Of a stretch of DNA of 44,190 nt, positions 35,901 to 44,190 are shown one piece after another. The stretch covers positions 808,198-852,387 of the forward strand of contig CAZZSM010000001.1 in the NCBI GenBank assembly GCA_964656735.1, in the 5' to 3' direction. A program made the translations under genes and the position numbers. The stretch's first letter is position 1; the number at the start of each line of letters is the position of its first letter. The notes under the pieces are model-generated. The model saw only the letters and a program-made list of their open reading frames with translations. It ran no database searches and was not told the DNA's origin. The DNA comes from Candidatus Entotheonella sp. DD2. Lineage in GTDB: Bacteria > Tectomicrobia > Entotheonellia > Entotheonellales > Entotheonellaceae.

Positions 35901-36465
35901 GCAGCTGCGCTCGCAGCATCCGATCCCGGCTCAGATCGAAGGGATCACGGGCGTCCGCTGCCGACTGCCGTGCCACTTCGCTCTTCTGGTCGGCAGCAGA
36001 CAGATACCGAAGGTCCTGCACCGGCAAGGCAACCGACCCTTCGCGGTCAATGATCTGACACGGCTCCCCCCCAAGCGTCTCAAAGGTCGTGCGCAAACTC
36101 GCATGGCGGCGCACCACTTCCGTGAGCGTCTGTTGCAACGCCGCCCTATCGAGTCGTCCCGTGAGCTGCAAGCTGAGGGGAATGTTGTAAGCCGAACCGC
36201 TGCCCATCTGATCCAGAAACCAGAGCCGTTGTTGGGCAAACGACAGCGGCAGGACGCCATCTCGCGGCACCGGTGGAATCGGCTGATCGAGACCCGCCTC
36301 GGTTTGACGCAGGAGCGCGATCAGGTCGGCTTTGCGGCTTTTCAGTTGCTCCACCAGAGCCGGGGTCAGGGTGCCCTTGGGCGCGTCGCAACGCAACTGG
36401 TCGCCATCGACCCACAGCTGGATATGCTGCTGGTATAGAGTTTGTAAAAACTCCAGGGTGGTCAT
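32983..36465 (-). CDS. NRPS: TubC-N-type docking domain, C-A(Pro)-PCP
   Basis: HHIAFDG; code DVQFIAHVVK (Pro or Pro analogue); LGGHSL; tail LSQLSEEEIEALL. Confidence 0.93.
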   Translation of the reverse strand: MTTLEFLQTLYQQHIQLWVDGDQLRCDAPKGTLTPALVEQLKSRKADLIALLRQTEAGLDQPIPPVPRDGVLPLSFAQQRLWFLDQMGSGSAYNIPLSLQLTGRLDRAALQQTLTEVVRRHASLRTTFETLGGEPCQIIDREGSVALPVQDLRYLSAADQKSEVARQSAADARDPFDLSRDRMLRAQLLWLEAEVHILLLTLHHIAFDGWSAEILVRELAVLYEAFSQGKPSPLPQLPIQYADFAVWQRHWLQGDVLERHLRYWTAQLAGAPALLQLPTDHPRPSVESFRGRAITFDVGAALMQQLQALSQQAGATLFMTLLAAFQVLMGRYSGQDDIVVGSPIANRTRQEIEPLIGFFVNTLALRVDLSSNPTFLELLAQVRQITQAAYEHQDVPFERLVEELPMERALNYNPVVQAVFALQRAPIHAFELPGLRVTPLPLALERVRFDLEIHLWERPDRLDGYCIYSTDLFEESTMTRLIGCFRTLLAAIVADPAQRIGALPLLSEAEQHQLVVAWNQTAIAYPQDTCVQQLFEAQVERTPDAVAVVFDDHTHSPSATYRTLNARANQLAHYLQSLGVGPDTLVGICMERSLEMVVGLLGILKAGGAYVPLDSAYPPDRLAFMLADTQVQVLLTQDTLWLNLPDHPAHVICLDTQWAAIAQHPTHNPTRQVASSHLAYVLYTSGSTGRPKGVAMPHEALCNLIQWQLEHTAVPQPRTLQFAPISFDVSFQEMFATWCAGGALYLVSEDARRDMEAIRRLIRTRQLERLFLPFIALHHLAEAAVQSAVYPSSLREVITAGEQLQVTPAIATLFEHLPTCTLANHYGPTEAHVVTTFVMPETVRHWPALPPIGRPLANAQIYILDRHHQPVPIGVLGELYIGGRPVARGYHQRPGLTSETFIPNPFGAGRLYKTGDQTRYLADGSIVFLGRLDQQVKIRGFRVELGEIEAALCEHPEVREAVVIDREEPPGEKRLVAYVLRQGAGGQPPEAPAACDLPLADFLRLKLPDYMVPSIFVQLEALPLTPSGKVDRRALPAPAPRPLADHFAPPQTPTQVTMAAIWREVLGLEQVGIHDNFFELGGHSLLATQTISRIRNTFGIELPLRTLFEHPTVAGLAEAMVDHETTPGQLADIAHLRQHLSQLSEEEIEALLRQKQSGQG

Positions 36466-39400
36466 ATGGAGATCCCTTCGCGCGCCTCGCCGTCCACAGC
36501 CGGCGACACCCGCAACGCTTGCATGACCTTGAGTTCCTCAATCTGCTCAGCCACCTCGGCAATCGTCTGAGCGTCAAACAGACTCTGCAGCGGCAAGGCG
36601 ACGGAGAAGACGGTGCGAATTCTCGATACCACCTGCGCCCCCAACAGGGAGTGGCCGCCCAAGGCAAAGAAGTCATCGTGCACCCCAATGGGATTGACCC
36701 CCAACATCTCCTCCCAAATGGCCGTAAGCTGCTCTTCAACCGGTGTACGTGGCCCGACGTATTGGACGGCCGGCGTGAACGCCTCGACACCGGGCACCGG
36801 GAGCGCCCGGCGGTCAAGCTTGCCATTGGGCGTCAAGGGAAATATTGGTAGAAAGACCAGGGCGGCGGGAATCATGTAGTCGGGCAGCTTGTGCTGCAAG
36901 AAGGCGCGTAACGCCTCCGCCTGGTCGCTTTCCGATTCCACCACCGGGCTAGGTGGCGCCGAGGCGACGACATAAGCCACCAGGCGTTTATCGCCGGACG
37001 GGTCTTCACGTACGATGACCACGGCATCCCGCACCTCCGGGTGCTGGCTCAGCACCGCTTCAATTTCACCCAGTTCAATACGAAAGCCGCGAATCTGCAC
37101 TTGGTTGTCGATGCGGCCAAGGAACTCGATGGCGCCATCCGGACGGTAGCGTACCAAGTCGCCTGTGCGGTACAACCGACCCGCACCAAACGGATTCGGG
37201 ATAAATTTCTCGGCCGTCAACCCCGCCCGGCCGTGATAGCCACGCGCCAGGCTCTCCCCGCTCAACCACAATTCACCCGGCCAACCCTGCGGTATCAGCT
37301 CCACATGCCGATCCAAAATGTAGCTCTGCACGTTGGCAATCGGGCGGCCAATCGACGGCACACCTTCGCACTCGGGCTCGACATCGCCAGCGGTCGACAC
37401 CACCGAGTTTTCCGTCGGACCGTAGTTGTTCACATAACCGAAAGGCAAGCCTGCCAGCGTGCCATGCTGTAGCTTGTCACCCCCGGTCAACAGCAGGCGC
37501 AACGCCGTGTTGGCTGGCCACACCTGTCTCACCAGGGGTTCCGCCACCGGCGTGGGCACAATGCCGACGCTAATCGCCTGCTCCACTAGCCAGTCACGAA
37601 GCCCTACCGGAGCTGCCAGCAGCTCCGGTGGCGCCAGGTGCAGCGTCGCGCCTATCGCCAAGTAGGGCCAAATCTCCCAGACCGAGATATCAAAGGACAG
37701 GCTGACAAGCTGGGTGGCGCGGTCGTCGGCCGTGATGGCAAAGGCCCGTTGATGCCAAAACACCAAATTGAGCAGCCCGCCATGGCGGATGAGCACCCCT
37801 TTGGGCTGGCCGGTCGAGCCCGAGGTATAGATGGCATAAGCCAGGTTGCCAGGGGTTGCCGTGTGGACCGGATTGTGGGTGGGATAGGTCTCGACCCGGG
37901 GCCAATCCCGATCGAGGCAGAGCATCTGGACATGGTGGGGCGGCAACTCGGCAACGAGCCGCTCTTGGGTCAACACCATGGACGCTTGCATATCGGCCAG
38001 CATGAAGGCGAGCCGGTCCTGGGGATAGGCCGGATCGAGGGGCACATAAGCCCCGCCCGCCTTGAGAATGCCGAGCATTCCCACCACCATCTCCAGTGAC
38101 CGCTTGATGCACAAGGCCACCAGGGTCTCCGGGCCGACCCCGTGCGCTCGCAGGTAGTGCGCCAGTTGATTGGCCCGGCAGTTCAAGGCCCGATAGGTCA
38201 GGGCTTGGTTTTCAAATACAATCGCCACCGCGTCCGGGGTGCATGCCGCCTGCGCCTCAACTAACTGATGGATAGGCGTGTCAGAGGGATACTCGCTCTG
38301 CGTTGCGTTCCACTGCACCAACACCTGCTGCCGTTCGGGTTCCGTGAGCAAAGGCAGCGTTGCGATGGGCTGATCGGGATTGGCTACAATGCCATGGAGC
38401 AAGGTCTCGAAGTGACCTACCAGCCGCTGTATTGTGCTGGCCTCGAACAGAGACGTGTTGTACTTGAAGGCCCCGAGCAATCCATCCCTGCCTTCGTCCA
38501 TCTCCAAGTTGAGATCGAAGATACCGGCCTGTTGTAACAGACCAAAAGGCGACAGCGCCAAGCCACCCCCGTCAATAGGCCGGATGCTCCCCCCTTGTTC
38601 CGGAGGCGTCATCCAAAATTCGGCCAACTCGGGAGACAGTCTGGGAAAATTAAAGACCACCTGGACAAGCTGAGGCGCACTGGGATTGCGCTGGGGTTGA
38701 AGCTGCTTGACCAGCCAACCAAAGGGATAAGCCTGATGTTGAAGGGCCTCGGAGGTCGTCTCATACACCTGCTCCAACACGCTCCTAAAGGTCGGCTGAC
38801 CGCACAGATTGATCCGCAAAATGAGTGTATTCACGTAGTAACCAACGACATGGTGGCATTCTTGCGGGATGTGGCCAGCCGTTGGCATCCCCACTAAAAA
38901 TTCGGCCTGTCCGATGTAGCGATACAGTAAGACCTGAAAGGCGGCCATGAGGGTGCGAAAGAGCGTGGTCTCTTCCGCTTTCGCCAGGGCTCGAAGACGC
39001 TGAGTGAACGCCTGGGAAAAGGCAAAGGCTTCCATCGCGCCGCCATCATACGTTTGTACAGGCGGGCGGGGATGATCGGTGGGCAGGTTTAACAAGGGTA
39101 AATCATTGCCCAACCGGTCGTGCCAATAAGCCGACAGGCGGTCGCCCTCCGCCTCAAGCAGGCGCGCTTGCCAGGTGATATAATCGGCATAGGTATAGGC
39201 CGGAGACGGTAGAGTCGCAGTTTGGCCCGCTTTCAAGGCCGCATAAAGCGTCCGCAACTCGTCGAACACGCGATAGTAGGACCGGCCATCCCAAACGAGA
39301 TGATGCCCGATGATCAACAAGACATGATGATCGGGCCGGCATGTAAACAAATCAACCCGGAACACCGGTCCATGCGTGAGGTCAAAGGGACGCCGATGGG

Positions 39401-39746
39401 CCGCCAAAACCTGTTCTCTGAGCTCGACGTCGTTGCACCCCGAGGCATCAATGTGTTGAAACGCGTCCGGATGGGGGGGATGCACCTGTTGCACGGGCTC
39501 GTCATCTTGCAGGGAAAAGGTCGAGCGCAGGGCGGGATGGCGCTCCACCAGGGTTTGAACGCACTGCCGTAAAACGGGAACATCAACTGGTGAATGAACG
39601 TAGGCCGCAATGGCAATATGATAGGCAGGGCTCTCCGGTGCTTGTTGCTGGATTAACCACAGGGCCTGCTGCCCATACGAGAGGGGGTAAGCGGGTTCTT
39701 CCGCTCTCTGTGCGGTATCGGTCCGGTGCGAGGTGGTGTCTTCCAT
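36462..39746 (-). CDS. NRPS: C-A(Leu-like, atypical code)-PCP
   Basis: PLSYGQQALW and HHLVWDG; code DIWILGNVVK; LGGHSL; tail REGISI. Confidence 0.92.
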   Translation of the reverse strand: MEDTTSHRTDTAQRAEEPAYPLSYGQQALWLIQQQAPESPAYHIAIAAYVHSPVDVPVLRQCVQTLVERHPALRSTFSLQDDEPVQQVHPPHPDAFQHIDASGCNDVELREQVLAAHRRPFDLTHGPVFRVDLFTCRPDHHVLLIIGHHLVWDGRSYYRVFDELRTLYAALKAGQTATLPSPAYTYADYITWQARLLEAEGDRLSAYWHDRLGNDLPLLNLPTDHPRPPVQTYDGGAMEAFAFSQAFTQRLRALAKAEETTLFRTLMAAFQVLLYRYIGQAEFLVGMPTAGHIPQECHHVVGYYVNTLILRINLCGQPTFRSVLEQVYETTSEALQHQAYPFGWLVKQLQPQRNPSAPQLVQVVFNFPRLSPELAEFWMTPPEQGGSIRPIDGGGLALSPFGLLQQAGIFDLNLEMDEGRDGLLGAFKYNTSLFEASTIQRLVGHFETLLHGIVANPDQPIATLPLLTEPERQQVLVQWNATQSEYPSDTPIHQLVEAQAACTPDAVAIVFENQALTYRALNCRANQLAHYLRAHGVGPETLVALCIKRSLEMVVGMLGILKAGGAYVPLDPAYPQDRLAFMLADMQASMVLTQERLVAELPPHHVQMLCLDRDWPRVETYPTHNPVHTATPGNLAYAIYTSGSTGQPKGVLIRHGGLLNLVFWHQRAFAITADDRATQLVSLSFDISVWEIWPYLAIGATLHLAPPELLAAPVGLRDWLVEQAISVGIVPTPVAEPLVRQVWPANTALRLLLTGGDKLQHGTLAGLPFGYVNNYGPTENSVVSTAGDVEPECEGVPSIGRPIANVQSYILDRHVELIPQGWPGELWLSGESLARGYHGRAGLTAEKFIPNPFGAGRLYRTGDLVRYRPDGAIEFLGRIDNQVQIRGFRIELGEIEAVLSQHPEVRDAVVIVREDPSGDKRLVAYVVASAPPSPVVESESDQAEALRAFLQHKLPDYMIPAALVFLPIFPLTPNGKLDRRALPVPGVEAFTPAVQYVGPRTPVEEQLTAIWEEMLGVNPIGVHDDFFALGGHSLLGAQVVSRIRTVFSVALPLQSLFDAQTIAEVAEQIEELKVMQALRVSPAVDGEAREGISI
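38000..38356 (-). repeat. Dispersed near-identical segment, copy 2
   Basis: Matches ~19400-19755 at nucleotide level (LTEPERQQVLVQWNATQSEYPS...AYPQDRLAFML). Confidence 0.8.
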
Positions 39747-39806
39747 AGTTCCCTAGCCTGTAGATTGGCCGGTTTTGATAGGAATACAATTGTCCAGAAA
39801 ACACCC

Positions 39807-39852
39807 ATGATACTCTCCAAACGCCTCAAGAACGCCTCAAGAACGCCTCCAA
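39807..39852 (-). promoter_or_regulatory. Putative NRPS operon promoter: three GGCGTT direct repeats at 11-bp period plus -10 TATCAT
   Basis: aacgcc at 39820, 39831 and 39842 on the plus strand. The minus strand reads ttggaGGCGTTcttgaGGCGTTcttgaGGCGTTtggagagTATCAT (7-nt gap). Confidence 0.65.
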
Positions 39853-39960
39853 CGGAAATAACATACCCCAAAAATTCTTTTGAGAATTACGATTACACTA
39901 TCATCCATTGGCCAAGAAGGTCATACACGCAAGGTAGTGACGTTCATCTCTATCTCTTCT

Positions 39961-40653
39961 TCATCTCCTCTCTCTCTGCCTGAGCTGTTGCAGGGCCTGT
40001 TTCCGTTTCTGCCGCCGCTCCTCGCGTTCCTGGACCATTGAGGCATCCGGCGACTCGTCCGGCGATTCGTCTGATCCTGCTTCCCGGCTCAGATATTCGG
40101 CCAGGGAACTAACAGTGGGATACGTGAACAGGTCAACCACGGCCAGGTGACCATTAAAGTGGGCCTGCAATTGACTGTACACCTGCATGGCTAAGAGAGA
40201 ATGTCCCCCTAAATCAAAAAAATTGTCGCGAATACCGACATGGTCCCGTTGCAGCACCTGCTGCCACACCGTGACAATGGTGCGCTCAAGCTCCGTTACC
40301 GGAGCCGCAAAGCCGGCGTCCGGCTCATCCCGGCCACGACCCGGAACGGGCAATGCTTGCCGATCGATTTTCCCATTCGGGGTGCGCGGCATCGCATCCA
40401 ACAGCACAAATGCCTGCGGCACCATGTAGTCCGGCAGATGTTCACCCAGAAAGCTTCGCAGCATGGGAACCAGCTTCTCGTCACGGTCCGGCGCCGCCCG
40501 CTCAGGCGGATTGGGCACGACATAAGCGATAAGTTGCTTGGTATCCCCCGGCAAGCCGGTCGTGGCCAAGGCAACACGGCCCCGAAGTTGCAATGCAAGA
40601 AGGGCTCGCTGCCTCGAAGAAAGCTTCTCAAGGCGTGTCGAAAGCGTATCCAT
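39961..40653 (-). CDS. Stand-alone NRPS fragment: N-terminal helix, A-domain C-terminal subdomain, PCP, basic tail
   Basis: MDTLSTRLEKLSSRQRALL, then KQLIAYVV, LPDYMVP, TPNGKIDR (A10), FFDLGGHSLLA and RRQKRKQALQQLRQRERR. There is no C domain or A core. GAGGAG RBS before ATG 40653. Confidence 0.8.
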   Translation of the reverse strand: MDTLSTRLEKLSSRQRALLALQLRGRVALATTGLPGDTKQLIAYVVPNPPERAAPDRDEKLVPMLRSFLGEHLPDYMVPQAFVLLDAMPRTPNGKIDRQALPVPGRGRDEPDAGFAAPVTELERTIVTVWQQVLQRDHVGIRDNFFDLGGHSLLAMQVYSQLQAHFNGHLAVVDLFTYPTVSSLAEYLSREAGSDESPDESPDASMVQEREERRQKRKQALQQLRQRERR

Positions 40654-40744
40654 AACGTCAACATCTCCTCTTGAGCGGCCCGATTTCGCGGCCTTGATAC
40701 GGCCTTCGAATTTATATGATGTTGGATGAGTATAATGGAATCTT

Positions 40745-42064
40745 TCATTCACCGTAAATCACCCCGGGTAGCCACAGGGCAATCTGCGGAAAGAAAATAA
40801 TCAGCAGCAGGCCGATCACCTGGATGACCATAAATTGCATCATGCCGACATAAATGTCTTTCAAATCCCATTCCGGAACCACGCCCTTGAGAAAATAGGC
40901 AGAGAGAGCCACCGGGGGTGAGAGCCAAGCGGTTTGCAAATTGACGGCGACCAGAATACCGAACCAGGTGAGATGAAACTGCAGTTCCTCGATGAGGGGT
41001 AGCAGAATCGGGATGATAATCAGCACAATCGGCACCCATTCAAGCGGCCAGCCCAGCAAAAAAATGAGCGCCATGATCATGAAGAGAATGATGAGCGGCG
41101 AAAGCTCGAGCCCTAAGAGATACTGTGTGAGCATGCCTGGGGTGCCAAGGCGCGAAAACACCGCGCCAAAAAAATTGGAGGCAGCTACCAGCAACAGAAT
41201 CAAAGCCGAGATTTCGAGCGTTTTAATAAGGGCGTCCTGGAAACTGCGCCAGGATAAACGCCGGTAGGCAAGCGCTAATAGCAAGGCGCCAAAGGCGCCC
41301 ATGCCCGCCCCTTCCGTGGGCGTGGCAAAACCGAGCAAAATGCTGCCGAGGGCGAAGGCCACCAGGGCCGCTGGCGGCACGAGTCCCTTGCAAAATTGGG
41401 CCACAACTGCAGTCAAACTCGCCGCGCGTTCTTCAGGCGGCAGCACCGGACCGAGGGCGGGATTGAGCTGGCAACGCACCATGGCATAGCCAGCATAGAG
41501 GATGGCGAGCAATAGGCCCGGCACAATCGCAGCGGCAAACAAGTCCGTCACCGGGACTTCGAGCACTGGTCCCATGACCACAAGCATAATGCTCGGCGGA
41601 ATCAAAATGCCAAGCGTTCCTCCAGCCGTGATCGTACCGGCTGCCAAGCGCACATCGTAGTTCGAGCGGTTCATCGTGCGCGCCGACATAATGCCGAGAA
41701 TCGTCACCGAGGCGCCGACAATGCCCGTGGCCGCAGCAAAAATGGCGGAGACAAAGAGAACCGCGAGATAGAGGGCGCCGCGAAGCCGGGCGAGCATTTG
41801 CTGCACGGCTTCAAACAAACTCTCCATGAGGCCGGCCTGTTCCATGAGGATGCCCATGAAAACGAAGAGCGGCACGGCCGCGAGGGTCTGCTCCATCATG
41901 ACGCCGAAAAACTGATACGCCATGAGGTAAAAGACCAGTTTGCCAAAACCGATGTAGCCAAACACCAGACCCAAAAAGATCAAGGTAAACGAGATCGGAA
42001 AGCCGATCAAAATGGCGAATAGCATACAGCCAATCAGGATGATACCGAGTATTTCCGGGGTCAT
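40745..42064 (-). CDS. dctM: TRAP transporter large permease
   Basis: Highly hydrophobic; AVPLFVFMG, GTLGILIPPS and LSPP motifs; ATG 42064 overlaps the dctQ stop (ATGA). Confidence 0.92.
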   Translation of the reverse strand: MTPEILGIILIGCMLFAILIGFPISFTLIFLGLVFGYIGFGKLVFYLMAYQFFGVMMEQTLAAVPLFVFMGILMEQAGLMESLFEAVQQMLARLRGALYLAVLFVSAIFAAATGIVGASVTILGIMSARTMNRSNYDVRLAAGTITAGGTLGILIPPSIMLVVMGPVLEVPVTDLFAAAIVPGLLLAILYAGYAMVRCQLNPALGPVLPPEERAASLTAVVAQFCKGLVPPAALVAFALGSILLGFATPTEGAGMGAFGALLLALAYRRLSWRSFQDALIKTLEISALILLLVAASNFFGAVFSRLGTPGMLTQYLLGLELSPLIILFMIMALIFLLGWPLEWVPIVLIIIPILLPLIEELQFHLTWFGILVAVNLQTAWLSPPVALSAYFLKGVVPEWDLKDIYVGMMQFMVIQVIGLLLIIFFPQIALWLPGVIYGE

Positions 42065-42663
42065 TGCGTCGGCCACCTTCCTCGCATCGCGGCGTACAGG
42101 CTCTTCAAAAATTCTGAAATGCCCTGAATCAGTAACAAGGCAACCCCCATAGGCAGGACGGTTTTGATGGGATAAACCGGCGGCATCCAGGCCGTATCCA
42201 TGCCGCGCTCTTGCCGCATCCAAGCATCGGAGGCAAAATCGATCGCCATCCACGTAAACACAATGAGGCTGGGAAAATAAAAAAACAAATACAGGGCCGC
42301 GTCGACTATCCCTTGGGTGCGCTCACTCCAGTTGCGGTAGAGAAAGTCAGCGCGGATGTGCACCCCCTTGGACAGCGCATAGCCGGAGCCAAGCATAAAC
42401 AGGGCGCCGTAGAGCATGCGGCTGATGTCGTAGGCCCACATCGTCGGGGCCGTAAAGGCATAGCGCGCCACAATTTCGTAGACCATGGCCCCGAACATCG
42501 GCACCGTGAGCCAACAGACGATGCGGCCGGTCCCCAGGCTGAACATGTCGATCCAGGTGATCGAACCGGCCATCCACCGGGGCATGTCACCCGGCAATGC
42601 GCCCGGCGGATCCGAGCGCCGCTCTGCAATCAGTTCATCGGAGAATTCCGGCCGCTCTGACAT
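42061..42663 (-). CDS. dctQ: TRAP transporter small permease
   Basis: Four hydrophobic segments, YEIVARY and HIRAD motifs; lies between dctP and dctM; ATG 42663 with a GAGG RBS. Confidence 0.9.
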   Translation of the reverse strand: MSERPEFSDELIAERRSDPPGALPGDMPRWMAGSITWIDMFSLGTGRIVCWLTVPMFGAMVYEIVARYAFTAPTMWAYDISRMLYGALFMLGSGYALSKGVHIRADFLYRNWSERTQGIVDAALYLFFYFPSLIVFTWMAIDFASDAWMRQERGMDTAWMPPVYPIKTVLPMGVALLLIQGISEFLKSLYAAMRGRWPTQ

Positions 42664-42672
42664 CAACCTCAC

Positions 42673-43776
42673 CTATTTTTTGGACTTTGAAAACGCCATG
42701 CCGAGATTGGCATTGGACATCTGGGCGCCGGCCCAAAATGGCACCGCCACGTCGGCAAACGCTTTTTGAGAGTCCCACACCTTCTTGAAGAACGGGTTCT
42801 TGGCGGCATTCTTCTCCAGGGTCGCCTTCGCGGCATCCATGTAGGCTTTGAAGTAGTCTTCAGGCGTATCATGCAGGATCACTCCATGATTTTCTGTCAA
42901 GTCCTTCAAAGCTTTGCCATTTTCATAGATGCGATAAGCAAGTGACTTCATTAAAGATGCATTGGCTGCAACTTCAATTGATTTCTGTTGGTGCGGCGTG
43001 AGCTTTTTCCAGATATCACCATTGATGTAGATATCTGCGTTCCCCACGACCTGATGCAGACCCTGCAAATAGTAATGCTTGAGCACTTTTTGAAAGCCAA
43101 ACACACTATCGGGTTTCGGACAGCACCACTCGGCGGCATCAATCACCCCTTTTTCCAGGGCCGGTCAAATATCACCACCGCCCATGGCCACCGCCGCAAT
43201 GCCCATATCCTTGTAAGTCTGACCCGGAATGCCCGGCGGGGTGCGAAAGCGATACTTGCGAAAATCTTCCATACTGGTGATGGGCTCTTTAAACCAGCCA
43301 AGTGCCTCCGGCCCCACCGGCTGCAGCATAAAGCCCTTGACGTTCATGCCCATCTCGCTCCATAGCTGATCGTAGAGCTCACGGCCGCCGCCATACATAA
43401 ACCAGGAGATAAAGGCAATGTTGTCAATGCCAACCCCGGCACCGGCTACCGGCGAACCGAACAGCATGGCCGCCGGATGATAGCCTGACCAGTAATGCGT
43501 CCAGGCAAAGCCGCCTTCAACTAAGCCCTTGTCAACCGCCTCCCAGGTCTCTTTCACACCAACCACGGCACCGGCCGGCAGCACTTCAATTTGCACCTCG
43601 CCATTGGTCAAGTCGCTAACATCTTTGGCAAATTGGTTGAGCATCGTCACTTCATCGGCTTTGGCCGGAATGACGGACTGCACGCGTATTTTGACCGTCT
43701 TCGCAAACGTCAGGCTCGCGGTGAGCATGGCAATCGCCATGAGACAACCGAACACAGATAAGATACATCGAACCAT
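42673..43776 (-). pseudogene. dctP: TRAP substrate-binding protein interrupted by an in-frame TGA at 43165-43167
   Basis: Signal peptide from ATG 43776. The read-through sequence MGGGDI*PALEKGVIDAAEW is in one frame, and the stop replaces an expected hydrophobic residue. Confidence 0.8.
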
Positions 43777-43980
43777 AGCTATTTCCTTCGATGAATAAGT
43801 GACGATAGGGGACGTGACCACAGCAGCACCCTGGCAGACGCACCCACCGGGACCGGGAGATGAGCCCACGCATAAAAATCAATTTCACCGGATTCCTATG
43901 AATTGAGGGGCCTATGTATTGACAGGATAGCAGACAACTGTCAGACACTGGTCGCGGCCTATTCTGACCGCGACCGTATC

Positions 43981-44132
43981 CAATGTCAATCGTTTTGCTG
44001 ATTCGTATGCGGATTTTGCAAGGGCCTGGCTGGAAGGACTTTGCTCGACTGACGACTTCTACTGACTTCTGACAGGGTTTTGCGGTTTTTACTCTAATGA
44101 TTGGATTTTGCTGAGCATAAAAAAAGACATTG
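43981..44132. mobile_element. Possible MITE or IS remnant bounded by imperfect CAATGTC...GACATTG inverted repeats
   Basis: Left end caatgtcaatcgttttgctga versus right-end reverse complement caatgtctttttttatgctca (15/21 match). No target-site duplication seen. Confidence 0.2.
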
Positions 44133-44190
44133 ACCTCTGAGGGCGGGGGGTGTCCTGGGAGCATCGCAGCTCCCCTGGTTGAGCTTTTGT

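Noticed and set aside
39820-39852. CRISPR array or simple microsatellite
   Set aside because: The units are 11 nt with no spacers, and recurrence at three promoters with fixed -10 spacing favours operator sites.
40670-40710. AAGGCCG-like repeats upstream of the Asub-PCP gene as a fourth regulon site
   Set aside because: The core differs, the third copy is off-period, and no -10 lies at the 7-nt spacing.
43165-43167. Selenocysteine or TGA recoding in dctP
   Set aside because: The position corresponds to a hydrophobic residue rather than Cys, no SECIS hairpin was identified, and TGA is a normal stop for other genes here.

Overview
This GC-rich bacterial window is dominated by a minus-strand hybrid NRPS/cis-AT PKS cluster (~3.3-40.7 kb). 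The style resembles 'Ca. Entotheonella', myxobacterial or cyanobacterial clusters, but taxonomy is inference only. In transcription order it encodes a stand-alone Asub-PCP protein, C-A(Leu-like)-T, C-A(Pro)-T, half-C-A(Leu)-T, a divergent crotonyl-CoA carboxylase/reductase-like MDR enzyme, KS-AT(GAGH)-KR-ACP, C-A(Ala)-T-C-A(Val)-T, C-A(Ile)-nMT-T, an amidinotransferase and a frameshifted KS-AT-KR-DH-ACP-TE. These are followed by two P1B-type ATPases lacking the CPx metal motif, which flank an MbtH protein fused to a domain resembling animal core-binding factor beta. A shared promoter element (GGCGWT repeats at 11-bp period, 7 nt before a -10 hexamer) precedes the NRPS operon, mbtH and the outer ATPase, tying them into one putative regulon. 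A TRAP transporter (dctP with an in-frame TGA) lies at the right end and a probable transposase N-terminus at the left edge. I do not recognise the cluster as a characterised pathway. All specificity codes and alignments were read by eye.
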